Of a stretch of DNA of 64,000 nt, positions 27,871-36,748 are shown in pieces; within the stretch, counting starts at the first letter, position 1; every line of letters begins with the position of its first letter. The DNA lies in NCBI GenBank assembly GCA_016198685.1, contig JACQID010000004.1, positions 117,864 to 181,863 of the forward strand, read 5' to 3'. The notes below the pieces were generated by a model. The model was not told where the DNA came from and did no database searches. It saw nothing but the letters and a program-made list of their open reading frames with translations. The DNA comes from Candidatus Aenigmatarchaeota archaeon (GTDB lineage: Archaea; Aenigmatarchaeota; Aenigmatarchaeia; GW2011-AR5). Both the position numbers and the translations under genes were made by a program.

Positions 27871-29793
27871 TCAATTCTTTATTGAACTCTCAAGTTCTTG
27901 CATCGCATCGCGCAGTTCTATGGCCCGCTCAAAATTAAGATTTTCCGCTGCAGTCCTCATCTCGGCTTCCAGCTCGATGATTTTTCTTTCAATATCAATT
28001 CTTGCCATGTGCTTGAATCCTTTTATTTTGCCGGGCTTGACTATGTTTTTGATGATCGTTTCAGGGGTTATGCCATGTTTTTTGTTATATGCCTGCTGCA
28101 TGCGCCTTCGTTCATCTGTTATCTTTACCGCCCGCCTTATCGAATCAGTCATCTGGTCGGCAAAAAGTATTACACGACCGTTTATGTTTCTTGCGGCCCT
28201 TCCTATGGTTTGGATCAGGCTCCTTTCGTTTCTTAAAAATCCTTCTTTGTCGGCATCCAGTATGCATACGAGCGAGACTTCTGGTATATCCAGTCCTTCT
28301 CGCAAAAGATTTATTCCGACAAGAATGTCAAACTCACCCGACCTAAGCTGCCGTATTATCTCTATCCTATCAAGGCTTTCGATATCGGAGTGCATGTACC
28401 GAACCTTCAGCCCTTCTTTTGCAAGATAATCTGTCAGATCCTCAGCCATCCTTTTTGTCAGTGTCGTGATAAGAATCCTTTCACCTTTTCCAATGGCTTT
28501 TCGCATTTCATTCACCATGTAAGGTATATGGTCTTTTATCGGCCTCACGGATACCTCCGGATCAATCAAGCCTGTCGGACGTATTATCAGGTTCACAACT
28601 TGCCCTGACATCTGCAGTTCATATTCGCCGGGAGTTGCTGAAACAAAGATTGTATGGCGGAAGTACTGCTCAAACTCCGGGAATTTAAGCGGGCGGTTGT
28701 CAAATGCGCATGGCAGTCTGAATCCAAAATCGACAAGATTCTTTTTGCGCGAATAATCCCCTTTATACATGGCTCTAGACTGGGGTAGTGTCTGATGGCT
28801 TTCATCTATTATCAGAAGAAAATCCTTCGGGAAATAATCAAGGAGAACAAATGGTGGTTGGCCCTTTTTGCGATTATCGAAATGCCTCGAATAATTTTCT
28901 ATTCCGCTGCAATAACCGACTTCTTTTATCATTTCTATGTCGTATTTGACGCGTTTTTCAAGCCGTTGTGCTTCAATGCCAGACAATTCCGGCAGTCTTT
29001 CTGCAAGCTCTTTTTTAATCTCTTCTATGGCGGCTTCATGCTTTTGTTCCGGCGTTGCAAACTGTTTTGCAGGAAAAATTGTTGCACTTTCGAGGACATT
29101 GATCACGCTTCCCGTTATGCCGTCCATCTCGGATATCTTATCAACAGCGTTTCCGAACAGCTCTATTCGTGCTATGTTATTCCCGTACGCCGGGATGATG
29201 TCTATTACGTCGCCCCTTGCGCGGAATTTTCCCGGCTCAAGGTACTGATCGCTTCTTTCATACTGCATCTCTATCAATTTTCTTATCAAGTCATTTCTCG
29301 TAATCTTGTCGTTCTTTACCAGCGTAAGCGAGAGGCTCTTGAAGTCATCAGGATTGCCAAGGCCGTATATGCAGGATATTGAGGCGACAATTATAGTATC
29401 CGGCCTTGATATGAGGGAGGTCACGGCCTTCAGCCTCATTTTTTCTATCTGTTCGTTGATTGTCGCATCTTTCTCTATATACAAGTCGGTTGTGGGCACA
29501 TAACTCTCCGGCTGATAATAATCATAATATGAAATGAAATACTCCACGCAGTTTTTGGGAAACATTTCCTTAAGCTCTGCATATAGCTGAGCTGCGAGTG
29601 TTTTGTTGTGTGCAAGTACAAGGGTAGGCTTTTGTATCCTGCCTATTAAATTAGCCATGACAAATGTCTTCCCGCTTCCCGTTATGCCGAGCAATGTCTG
29701 CATGGGGTATTTTCCGTAGCCTTCGTGAAGCTTTTCTATGGCCTCTGGCTGCCCTCCTGCCGGCTTGAACGGCGAGTGCAGTTCGAATTTCAT
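27871..29793 (-). CDS. uvrB: excinuclease ABC subunit B
   Basis: Start moved to ATG 29793 ([22 protein letters not shown]). Helicase motifs GITGSGKT and DESH. Confidence 0.95.
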   Translation of the reverse strand: MKFELHSPFKPAGGQPEAIEKLHEGYGKYPMQTLLGITGSGKTFVMANLIGRIQKPTLVLAHNKTLAAQLYAELKEMFPKNCVEYFISYYDYYQPESYVPTTDLYIEKDATINEQIEKMRLKAVTSLISRPDTIIVASISCIYGLGNPDDFKSLSLTLVKNDKITRNDLIRKLIEMQYERSDQYLEPGKFRARGDVIDIIPAYGNNIARIELFGNAVDKISEMDGITGSVINVLESATIFPAKQFATPEQKHEAAIEEIKKELAERLPELSGIEAQRLEKRVKYDIEMIKEVGYCSGIENYSRHFDNRKKGQPPFVLLDYFPKDFLLIIDESHQTLPQSRAMYKGDYSRKKNLVDFGFRLPCAFDNRPLKFPEFEQYFRHTIFVSATPGEYELQMSGQVVNLIIRPTGLIDPEVSVRPIKDHIPYMVNEMRKAIGKGERILITTLTKRMAEDLTDYLAKEGLKVRYMHSDIESLDRIEIIRQLRSGEFDILVGINLLREGLDIPEVSLVCILDADKEGFLRNERSLIQTIGRAARNINGRVILFADQMTDSIRRAVKITDERRRMQQAYNKKHGITPETIIKNIVKPGKIKGFKHMARIDIERKIIELEAEMRTAAENLNFERAIELRDAMQELESSIKN

Positions 29794-29858
29794 GCGATCG
29801 CAATAATATAAAATATAATTAAGCTTAAACGTCGATTCGGGACAATAATGCAAGGAAC

Positions 29859-30320
29859 TTACAGCCTGCCCATTTCCCGCATTATCTCTTCGTCCAGAGC
29901 GGCGCTTTTCTTTCGTGTGAGTTTGGATGCCATATCATCCAGTTCCTTTTCGTCAGTCTGCTTCCTTGGGTAGCTTATGACAACGCTGTCACCCTGGTTT
30001 CTTGGTATGACATGAAAATGTACATGGCTCACTATCTGGCCTGCAGCCTTGCCGTTGTTTTGGACTATGTTCACGCCCTGGCAGCCTGTCCTCTCCTTGA
30101 TCATTGATGTGACCTTCTTGACTGCAACAATTGCACCCTTCAAGCTCTCGTCATCAGCGTCAAAAATATTCTCAGAATGCCTTTTTGGCACAACGAGGGT
30201 ATGCCCCGGATTTGCGGGGTTTATGTCAAGAAATCCGACGCTAGAAGCGTCTTCATAGATCTTTTTTGATGGTATCTCGCCGCTAATAATCTTGCAAAAC
30301 AGGCAATCCATCTGTACCAT
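29859..30320 (-). CDS. HIT (histidine triad) family hydrolase
   Basis: HVHFHVIPR triad. N-terminus CLFCKIISGEIPSKKIYED. Confidence 0.85.
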   Translation of the reverse strand: MVQMDCLFCKIISGEIPSKKIYEDASSVGFLDINPANPGHTLVVPKRHSENIFDADDESLKGAIVAVKKVTSMIKERTGCQGVNIVQNNGKAAGQIVSHVHFHVIPRNQGDSVVISYPRKQTDEKELDDMASKLTRKKSAALDEEIMREMGRL

Positions 30321-30557
30321 TGCAAAGAAAATGATTTAAAATCTTTTTTTGGAGTTCTGGGCGGTAACTGTCGATTATCGTCCTGCCATAAGCGATAAGT
30401 ACAGAAATGATATGATTGAGGTATATGGTGATTTCAGAAATTATGTCAAAAGGTTAGAAGCAACCGTTTGACATCATGGCTTCTCGAAAGGTATCCGGAA
30501 GACCCTACTATCTGAATGGTGGCTCAGCGTGATCAATTTGTCCCGATTTTAAATCCT

Positions 30558-30854
30558 TCAGATGATGGCTGGCAGCGTGAAGAAGATTGTCGCAAAGACG
30601 GATATCGTTGTCATGACTGCAAAGATTATCTTGAATGCGTTCTCATGATACTTGGCCATTTCGGTGCCTGCAAGAAGCATGATCATAGGTGCAAGAGGCG
30701 CAAATATGAGAAGAAGATAAACGTAAAACTCGGCGTAAGGGGTAAGCACGGGGAATGCCGGCAGAATAAAATAGAATATATTGATTATCAAAACGATGAA
30801 ATAAGACGTGCTTACTGCCAAAAATTTAGGCGAAAGCCCTTCAGGAATGTTCAT
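30558..30854 (-). CDS. small polytopic membrane protein, hypothetical
   Basis: 98 aa, hydrophobic. ATG overlaps the stop of the upstream paralog A (ATGA). The opposite-strand ORF 30516..30911 is judged antisense. Confidence 0.4.
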   Translation of the reverse strand: MNIPEGLSPKFLAVSTSYFIVLIINIFYFILPAFPVLTPYAEFYVYLLLIFAPLAPMIMLLAGTEMAKYHENAFKIIFAVMTTISVFATIFFTLPAII

Positions 30855-31837
30855 TTGACTTCACCAATGAATTTTTCAAAGTTGCTCCAGCGTGCCTTCT
30901 GTGATGCATAATAAATGACATCCTGTATCAATTTCATCGAAGTTTTCGGGTACATCTCGTTGAGAAATGCCGAAGTCTCGAACATTATAGCGTTTCCTCC
31001 CGTCTTTTCTAGCATTTTTTTCACGTTTCCGTCTCCTCTTTTGCCGGTAAAGGATTTCTGGTAGGTCATCCGGAATTCCGTGGCTTCTATGCTTTCTTCA
31101 AGCATCTTTTCATATTTGTCCCAATTCAGGCCCTTTTCCATGTCCTCGGCATTCCTGCCAAGTATCCTTGCAGCGTTTGCTATATCCCTTTTAACGTCGT
31201 TCCTGTAGCTTCCCTGCATGGCTCTCAGGTTAAACTTCTTGAACCTGTAACCTATGCTTCTTCTGAGCCAATTGCCGGCCCATGACACGGCATACGCCTT
31301 CATGTGGTTTTTTATATGGACAAGCCTCTCTGCGTTTTTCTTGTTGGCTTTCTCAACAGCTTCCTTCACGACATTCTCGTTGAACCATTTTCCGCCATTT
31401 GTGCAAACATCGAGTATTGACGGGAAGTTCTTGAGACGCATTGCCTGGGCATGGATGATAACGTATAAGGGCGTTTTTGGAGCGAGTGTTTCAGCTGCCA
31501 TCCAGAAATGGTTGTGGACATTGACCTTTTCGAGATATTCTTCCTGATCCTGAGAATAGAAAGCATATTTTTTCTCAAAAAGCATCCTTTTCTTGTAATT
31601 ATCTGCGCCTTTGAACATCTGAAGCGCCTCGTCCATATTGGCCGGTTTCCTGAAAAAATCAACGCCATATCGGCCTGCGCGCGGAACCGTGCAGATGATG
31701 CCCAGACTGCCCATGCGTTTTGTGAGCATTGATGTAATGAATTCACATCCTGCATCCCCTCGCATAACCGGAGATAGCGTAGTTGTCGCATGCGGTGCTA
31801 TGAAGACAGGGCCTGAATTATTGTTCTTGAGAAGCAT
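30851..31837 (-). CDS. paralog A of a three-member hydrolase-like family (possibly N-formylglutamate amidohydrolase/Zn-carboxypeptidase-like)
   Basis: Start placed at ATG 31837, preceded by SD AAGGAGGG. Motif GPVFIAPHATTT is shared with paralogs B and C. The track ORF begins at TTG 31873. Confidence 0.5.
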   Translation of the reverse strand: MLLKNNNSGPVFIAPHATTTLSPVMRGDAGCEFITSMLTKRMGSLGIICTVPRAGRYGVDFFRKPANMDEALQMFKGADNYKKRMLFEKKYAFYSQDQEEYLEKVNVHNHFWMAAETLAPKTPLYVIIHAQAMRLKNFPSILDVCTNGGKWFNENVVKEAVEKANKKNAERLVHIKNHMKAYAVSWAGNWLRRSIGYRFKKFNLRAMQGSYRNDVKRDIANAARILGRNAEDMEKGLNWDKYEKMLEESIEATEFRMTYQKSFTGKRGDGNVKKMLEKTGGNAIMFETSAFLNEMYPKTSMKLIQDVIYYASQKARWSNFEKFIGEVK

Positions 31838-31874
31838 GAAGCCCTCCTTGTAGTATGCACGCATTTGAATCAAG

Positions 31875-31882
31875 TTATTTAT
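31875..31882. promoter_or_regulatory. shared TATA-like element between divergent paralogs A and B
   Basis: TTATTTAT lies ~21 nt upstream of the B ATG at 31900 and ~41 nt upstream of the A ATG at 31837 (A has an SD). Confidence 0.35.
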
Positions 31883-31899
31883 GGCCGTCCGAGGATAAA

Positions 31900-32853
31900 A
31901 TGTTTATGCTCTCATTCCGTTATATGCCCGGCTTCAACATCATAGAAAGTGGAAAACCGGGGCCTATATTCGTTGCTCCTCATTCTACCCTCACTTATCG
32001 TTCCGCTGAACGTGAAGATGTAGGCGCCGAGAACTTGGCATTTGCCGGCGTTGACATCATGGGAGGGTCGGCAATTATCTCATCTATTCCGCGTCACGGC
32101 ATGCTCGGCATAGACTACAACCGTAGCGTCCCAAAGAAGACCCAGCTCGTAAAGGACATGAGTTACATTAAGGGCAACGACAATCTGACTTTATATTACA
32201 AAAATTATGCGTGGATGGCCCAGAATCCGGCTCAGGATGCTTATAAGAAAAAAATATATTCCAGTTTCTGGAAAACCGCTGAAATGATGGGCAAACGACA
32301 CAAAAAACCTCTCTTTCTGTTTTGCCATACCTTAAGTTCAAGGATAAAGAACCTGCCTTCGGCAGTGGATCTCATAACAGGCCGGGGCACATGGTTCGAT
32401 AAAGGGAAACTAGAAAGGATGGTTGCCAAATTAAACAGAAAATACGATTTCGCCCAGTATCGGGAAGACTGGATTCTCGATATGAAATTCCATGCCATGA
32501 TGGAAAAAAAGATATTCGGGCGGCACTTCACATCAATCAAGGATTCGAAAGGCATGCGCAGGGAGTGGATGCTGCAGGATATAGAAAAGGCAAACAGGAT
32601 ATTAGGAAAAAAATTAGACATAAAGACAATTGATTTTCTCGAATATTACCGTGCGATAGAAGATGTAATGAAAAAGAGCGAGATAAAGATCACGGTCGAG
32701 AATGTATATTTCGGCGATACTGCAAGGCCTGTATCACGGCTTCTTGAAAGAACGAACGGCTCAGGACTCGAAGTCGAGGCGCAGTCGTTTTTGAACGAGA
32801 ATCATGCCGAAGACGTTGTCAAAATAATACAAGAACTTGTCCGGCAATTTTGA
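31900..32853 (+). CDS. paralog B of the hydrolase-like family
   Basis: GPIFVAPHSTLTY, PRHGMLGIDYNRSVP, RIKNLPSAVDLITGRGTWF and SFLNE align with paralog A. Start moved from 31855 to ATG 31900, which avoids a divergent start-codon overlap. Confidence 0.5.
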   Translation: MFMLSFRYMPGFNIIESGKPGPIFVAPHSTLTYRSAEREDVGAENLAFAGVDIMGGSAIISSIPRHGMLGIDYNRSVPKKTQLVKDMSYIKGNDNLTLYYKNYAWMAQNPAQDAYKKKIYSSFWKTAEMMGKRHKKPLFLFCHTLSSRIKNLPSAVDLITGRGTWFDKGKLERMVAKLNRKYDFAQYREDWILDMKFHAMMEKKIFGRHFTSIKDSKGMRREWMLQDIEKANRILGKKLDIKTIDFLEYYRAIEDVMKKSEIKITVENVYFGDTARPVSRLLERTNGSGLEVEAQSFLNENHAEDVVKIIQELVRQF

Positions 32854-32854
32854 A

Positions 32855-33319
32855 TCATCTGGGATCTATTGCATAGACTATATGGCCGGGCTCTCTCAGA
32901 TAAGTTCTCGTGTCTTCGGTGTTACTTGCTGCATTATAAATTCTTGATGTAATGAGGTTCGCGGCGTTTTTGTCCGTATAAGCGTTAAAATAGGCGTTTT
33001 TGCCATAAATAAGGGTTGTCAGATGCGCAGGAGCCCCGGCAGTCAATGAGTTGAGTTCTTCCCGTATTTTTGCTATGCGGGCATTCTTGTTTAAGAGAGG
33101 CAGTCTTTCCTGCCAGCTAACGCAATATACCCTAAAGAGCCCGATGTTTTGGAGTTCTTGCTCTTCAATTTCAGGATCTGGACCTGTATATCGGTATACG
33201 TTGCTGCCATAGCCATCCTGGTTTGGCATATGTACAGGAACCCAGTTTTCAGGATTATGATTCCATTCTGGCATTATGGCAAACAAAGGGCTGTCATCCT
33301 CGTTCCAGATTTCTACCAT
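32855..33319 (-). CDS. hypothetical protein
   Basis: Start at ATG 33319 (MVEIWNEDDSPLF...). TTTATAAAAAAT element ~28 nt upstream. Stop abuts the stop of paralog B tail-to-tail. Confidence 0.4.
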   Translation of the reverse strand: MVEIWNEDDSPLFAIMPEWNHNPENWVPVHMPNQDGYGSNVYRYTGPDPEIEEQELQNIGLFRVYCVSWQERLPLLNKNARIAKIREELNSLTAGAPAHLTTLIYGKNAYFNAYTDKNAANLITSRIYNAASNTEDTRTYLREPGHIVYAIDPR

Positions 33320-33371
33320 TATAATATTTGACAGAAATTTATAAAAAATAGTTAAATTTCCACAAATATAG

Positions 33372-34250
33372 CTATGCTTTTTCAGCCGTCTGCTTTTCAA
33401 CCCATTCTTCCGCACACTCAGCAAGAACCTGCGCCGCTATCTGGTAGCGCAATTTCGGCAAAGAAGGATGTTCTTTCATGACGCGTCCATGGCGGTTAAA
33501 TTCCACGTGAATTCCGAAGCGTATGTCACTGTTTTTTTCGTTGTATTCCTTGACGTGCCTATATAGGGTATAATTCTTGCTTCCGGTAAACAGGCTTTTG
33601 CTTACCTTTACGGTGATGTCTATCCTGACATTGCGTTCTTTCAGCCGCTCCTTGAGTCTCTTCACGAAGAATCTGCGGAAGGAGAAAGCATTCTTGCTGC
33701 CGCCAATATAAGATCTGTCGGGGCCGAACCCCAAAAGCACATCGGCTTGCCGGTGGGAATGCATGCCATGGTAAGAAAGTATTAGCTTAGGGTTCAGGGA
33801 CTCAATAGTTTTATGATAGAACTCAAAAATATGCATCAGGTTTTTGTTCGTACTGATTGGAATATGCGATTCCGTCTCCTCATGCCCTTCGTCTGCCATG
33901 AACGGCAAGACCCTTAACCTCATGCCTTCGGCATCGGAGGGCCTGGCTAAATCAAGCTCTGTTCTCAGAATTGTTGGTATTATGTACGCAGATTGGGAAT
34001 GCCATGCACCAAGTTTGGCTAGGGTTGCCGTATTCGCATCGCCTATTCCGATGTAGGCTTTCTTGCCGTGCTTAGGAGATTTTATTCGTGTAGTTTGCGC
34101 ATGCTCGGCAACAATGAGTATTTTGTTACGAGAATAGTCTTCCAGCGTCTGAAAGAGAAGGTTGTTGGCGTTCTGGGGCCTGAAATTAGACTCGAACGCG
34201 GAAAGGTCTTCTTCGCTTTTCAAAAGGTTGAGCGTTTTTATCTGCCCCAC
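33372..34250 (-). CDS. paralog C of the hydrolase-like family
   Basis: ILIVAEHAQTT and LILSYHGMHS. GTG start at 34250 with SD GAGGAG 5 nt upstream. Overlaps the stop of the upstream ATP-grasp gene. Confidence 0.5.
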   Translation of the reverse strand: MGQIKTLNLLKSEEDLSAFESNFRPQNANNLLFQTLEDYSRNKILIVAEHAQTTRIKSPKHGKKAYIGIGDANTATLAKLGAWHSQSAYIIPTILRTELDLARPSDAEGMRLRVLPFMADEGHEETESHIPISTNKNLMHIFEFYHKTIESLNPKLILSYHGMHSHRQADVLLGFGPDRSYIGGSKNAFSFRRFFVKRLKERLKERNVRIDITVKVSKSLFTGSKNYTLYRHVKEYNEKNSDIRFGIHVEFNRHGRVMKEHPSLPKLRYQIAAQVLAECAEEWVEKQTAEKA

Positions 34251-35161
34251 GTCATCTCCTCTACTGCCTTGAAAATAGGAGCTATCAGCCTGTCTTTCTT
34301 GGATATTTCCGCTTCATGTTTGACGTAATCCATCATCAATGCTGCAACGTTCGTTCCGGTTGCATGAGTTATGCCTTCAAAGTGCACGTTCACATTCGCC
34401 TCTATGACTACAGGCCCTTTCTTGCCTTCTATTATGTCTATCCCTGCTATGCCAAGACCCAATGCTTTAGCGCTGCGTATAGCAAGCTTTGTCATTTCTT
34501 GACTGAGTCTTATTTTCTTGCCGGTTCCGCCGGCGCCTATATTGGCCCGTCTTTCTCCTTTCTCGGCTATCCTTTTCATTGAAGCTGGCACATCGTGCCC
34601 GATTACAAGGGCTCTTATGTCTTCGCCCGGGTTGCCGACAAATTCCTCAAGCATTATGGGCTGCTTCATGCCTTCTATCGTATCGAGTATAGGCAAGGCC
34701 GAAGACGGGCTTTCTGCAAACATAACGCCCTTGCCTAATGAACCCTGCAGCAGCTTTATCACTACAGGATACTTCATGCTTTTGATTATAGGTTTCATGC
34801 CCTTTACCGTTGAACTAAGGTAGCTCAGGGGCGTTGGTATGCCGGCTTTCTCAAGCTTCAATAATGTAAGGAATTTGTCATGCGTTATTATTATAGATTC
34901 CGGCGTTATAGGCATATACGTTTTGCCTTCCAAAAGCTTGCATATCACATAACCGTAATTTCTATAGGTTCTCGGTATTCTGGGAAAGACGATATCGTAC
35001 GATGATAAAGGAGTGCCCTTGAGAAGAACAGGGTCGCCGTTCTGTATTCTTACGTCAGGTATCTGGGCATAAGTAACCTTCTCGAATCTTTTCTTCGCTT
35101 CTTCAAGAAGCCAAAGATCCTGAGGCTTCTTCTCCCTTGAGCCCAAGATACATATTTTCAT
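34238..35161 (-). CDS. RimK-type ATP-grasp ligase
   Basis: EDIRALVIG, RANIGAGGTGKKI and GIDIIEGKKGPVVIEANVN motifs. 307 aa. Confidence 0.75.
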   Translation of the reverse strand: MKICILGSREKKPQDLWLLEEAKKRFEKVTYAQIPDVRIQNGDPVLLKGTPLSSYDIVFPRIPRTYRNYGYVICKLLEGKTYMPITPESIIITHDKFLTLLKLEKAGIPTPLSYLSSTVKGMKPIIKSMKYPVVIKLLQGSLGKGVMFAESPSSALPILDTIEGMKQPIMLEEFVGNPGEDIRALVIGHDVPASMKRIAEKGERRANIGAGGTGKKIRLSQEMTKLAIRSAKALGLGIAGIDIIEGKKGPVVIEANVNVHFEGITHATGTNVAALMMDYVKHEAEISKKDRLIAPIFKAVEEMTWGR

Positions 35162-36009
35162 TGTTTCACTCCGAAAAGATCAAGTATGCGGCTGAGTATG
35201 CCTCTTGGGGTAATAGGCGTCTTGACATTAGCCTTGGCATATTCAAGCAAAGCCGTGAATACATCCTTGCCGGACAGTCTTTCTATGGTTGCAAAAGGAG
35301 GAGATAGTGAAAAAGATGCTACCGTGTCGCCGGCAAATGTGACAAACCCGTAGGCAGAACCCATTGTTTTTGTTGCCCGTATGGCTGCATCCTTAATGCC
35401 GGTTCCTACTCCAGTGCCTCTCATTTTGCCTTTGATTATCTCAACCGATGAAACGATATCGTTACCTACAACAAAACATCCGATAATCTTGTCAGAAACC
35501 GGCTTCCTTATCGTAATTCCCTGCCCGCTTTTTCTCAGCCGTATCATGGATTTCATGTGCCTTGCGTCTTCAATAAGTGATGAACGTTCGCCTATGGTAA
35601 CTCTTATGGGAAACTCAAGTTCCGGAAGTATTTGCTCTGCTGCGTTTTCGCTTATGGCATAATAAGTTTGAGGCAGCTCAAAACCCGCCTGCTTGAGCTT
35701 CATCGCGCCTACAAGCTTCTTTTGGTAGGCTAAGAGCCCATCAAGCCCATAAGGAATGTAAGTTGATGAGGCTTCAAGTGATGTCACGATCGAGAGAAAA
35801 AGATCGCTGTGCCTTGCTGAGGGGAAAGGCAGGACTGCTTCAAACTTGGCTATGTCATGGTCACCAAAAATAAGCCTTGTTTTGCCTTCCCCGCTTTCTA
35901 TCCTTATTTCATCTGCAGGCACATATACACATTCCTCAAAAATGCCCTCTGCCTTCTTGGTGAATGGGGATTCCTCCCTTGAATCCATACCTATGATTGC
36001 AATCCTCAT
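35158..36009 (-). CDS. second, divergent RimK-like ATP-grasp paralog (possibly non-catalytic)
   Basis: Same overall layout as 34238..35161 but degenerate nucleotide-binding motifs. ATGA overlap with the downstream gene. Confidence 0.5.
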   Translation of the reverse strand: MRIAIIGMDSREESPFTKKAEGIFEECVYVPADEIRIESGEGKTRLIFGDHDIAKFEAVLPFPSARHSDLFLSIVTSLEASSTYIPYGLDGLLAYQKKLVGAMKLKQAGFELPQTYYAISENAAEQILPELEFPIRVTIGERSSLIEDARHMKSMIRLRKSGQGITIRKPVSDKIIGCFVVGNDIVSSVEIIKGKMRGTGVGTGIKDAAIRATKTMGSAYGFVTFAGDTVASFSLSPPFATIERLSGKDVFTALLEYAKANVKTPITPRGILSRILDLFGVKQ

Positions 36010-36085
36010 GGTAAAACAATCTTGCCGTTTTCTTATAAAAAGACATCCTGCTGCGAAAAATACTAGATTAAGCGAGGGATGGATA

Positions 36086-36238
36086 TGGGGTCGGGAGGAT
36101 TTGAACCCCCATTAGCTGGTTTCTTCTAAATCATCGCCGCTTGCGCGGCTCTTAGCTCCAAAAGAGCCTCTCGGCCTGTCTTTTTACGGAAAGACCGGGA
36201 CTGGAGCCAGCGATCCTGCCTGGTTAGACTACAACCCC
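36086..36238 (-). tRNA. tRNA-Trp (CCA) with ~80-nt intron at canonical 37/38 position
   Basis: Acceptor GGGGTTG/CGACCCC. Anticodon stem GCTGG/CCAGC. Loop CTCCAG|A. T-arm GGGGGTTCAAATCCTCC. Intron contains hairpins GGCTCTT...AAGAGCC and GCCGC-GCAA-GCGGC. Confidence 0.75.
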
Positions 36239-36369
36239 TTCTGAAACCCAATATATAGAGTGAAATTTATAAAGCAGGAAATCCGGGCGCTTTATGGACG
36301 AAGTATATATAAAGCTTGTTCGAAGGCAAAATGCTTAAATATGGCATTAGAATCAAGCTAATTGGTGAC

Positions 36370-36741
36370 ATGAAAATGGAAACCAAAAAGATAGGAGAGT
36401 ACGCGTTCCTCGCAGGCATAGCAATCGCTGTGCTCGCTGGTCTCGTGTCCGGAGTGGCATCGAGTGCCATCGCCGCCTATGCAGCACCTATATCGATGCT
36501 GCTGGTCGTGCTTGGAATAGTAGTGGGCCTCCTCAACATATCTGAGAAGGAAACCACAGCGTTCCTCGTGGCTGCCATAGCCCTCGTAACGGCCGGTACA
36601 GCAAGCTTTGCTGCTATCGACATGGCCGGCGTAGGCGCAATTCTTGACAAAGTTGTCGGGAATATAGCAGTGCTGGTAAGCCCGGCTGCCGTAATAGTGG
36701 CGGTTAAGGCAATATACAGCCTTGCACAGGGACGAAAGTAA
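36370..36741 (+). CDS. Ala/Val-rich membrane protein, hypothetical
   Basis: Start moved to the ATG at 36370 (MKMETKKIGEYAFLAGIAI...). About 4 TM helices. Confidence 0.4.
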   Translation: MKMETKKIGEYAFLAGIAIAVLAGLVSGVASSAIAAYAAPISMLLVVLGIVVGLLNISEKETTAFLVAAIALVTAGTASFAAIDMAGVGAILDKVVGNIAVLVSPAAVIVAVKAIYSLAQGRK

Positions 36742-36748
36742 GACTCAG

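Noticed and set aside
30516-30911. 131-aa Cys/His/Lys/Arg-rich plus-strand ORF
   Set aside because: The opposite-strand ORF encodes a hydrophobic membrane protein that is translationally coupled (ATGA) to the upstream gene. The plus ORF composition looks like the antisense of TM-coding DNA.
36120-36200. Box C/D guide RNA inside the tRNA-Trp intron
   Set aside because: Only a partial GATGATT is present and no CUGA D box. So the classic Euryarchaeal intron-encoded C/D sRNA is not supported.
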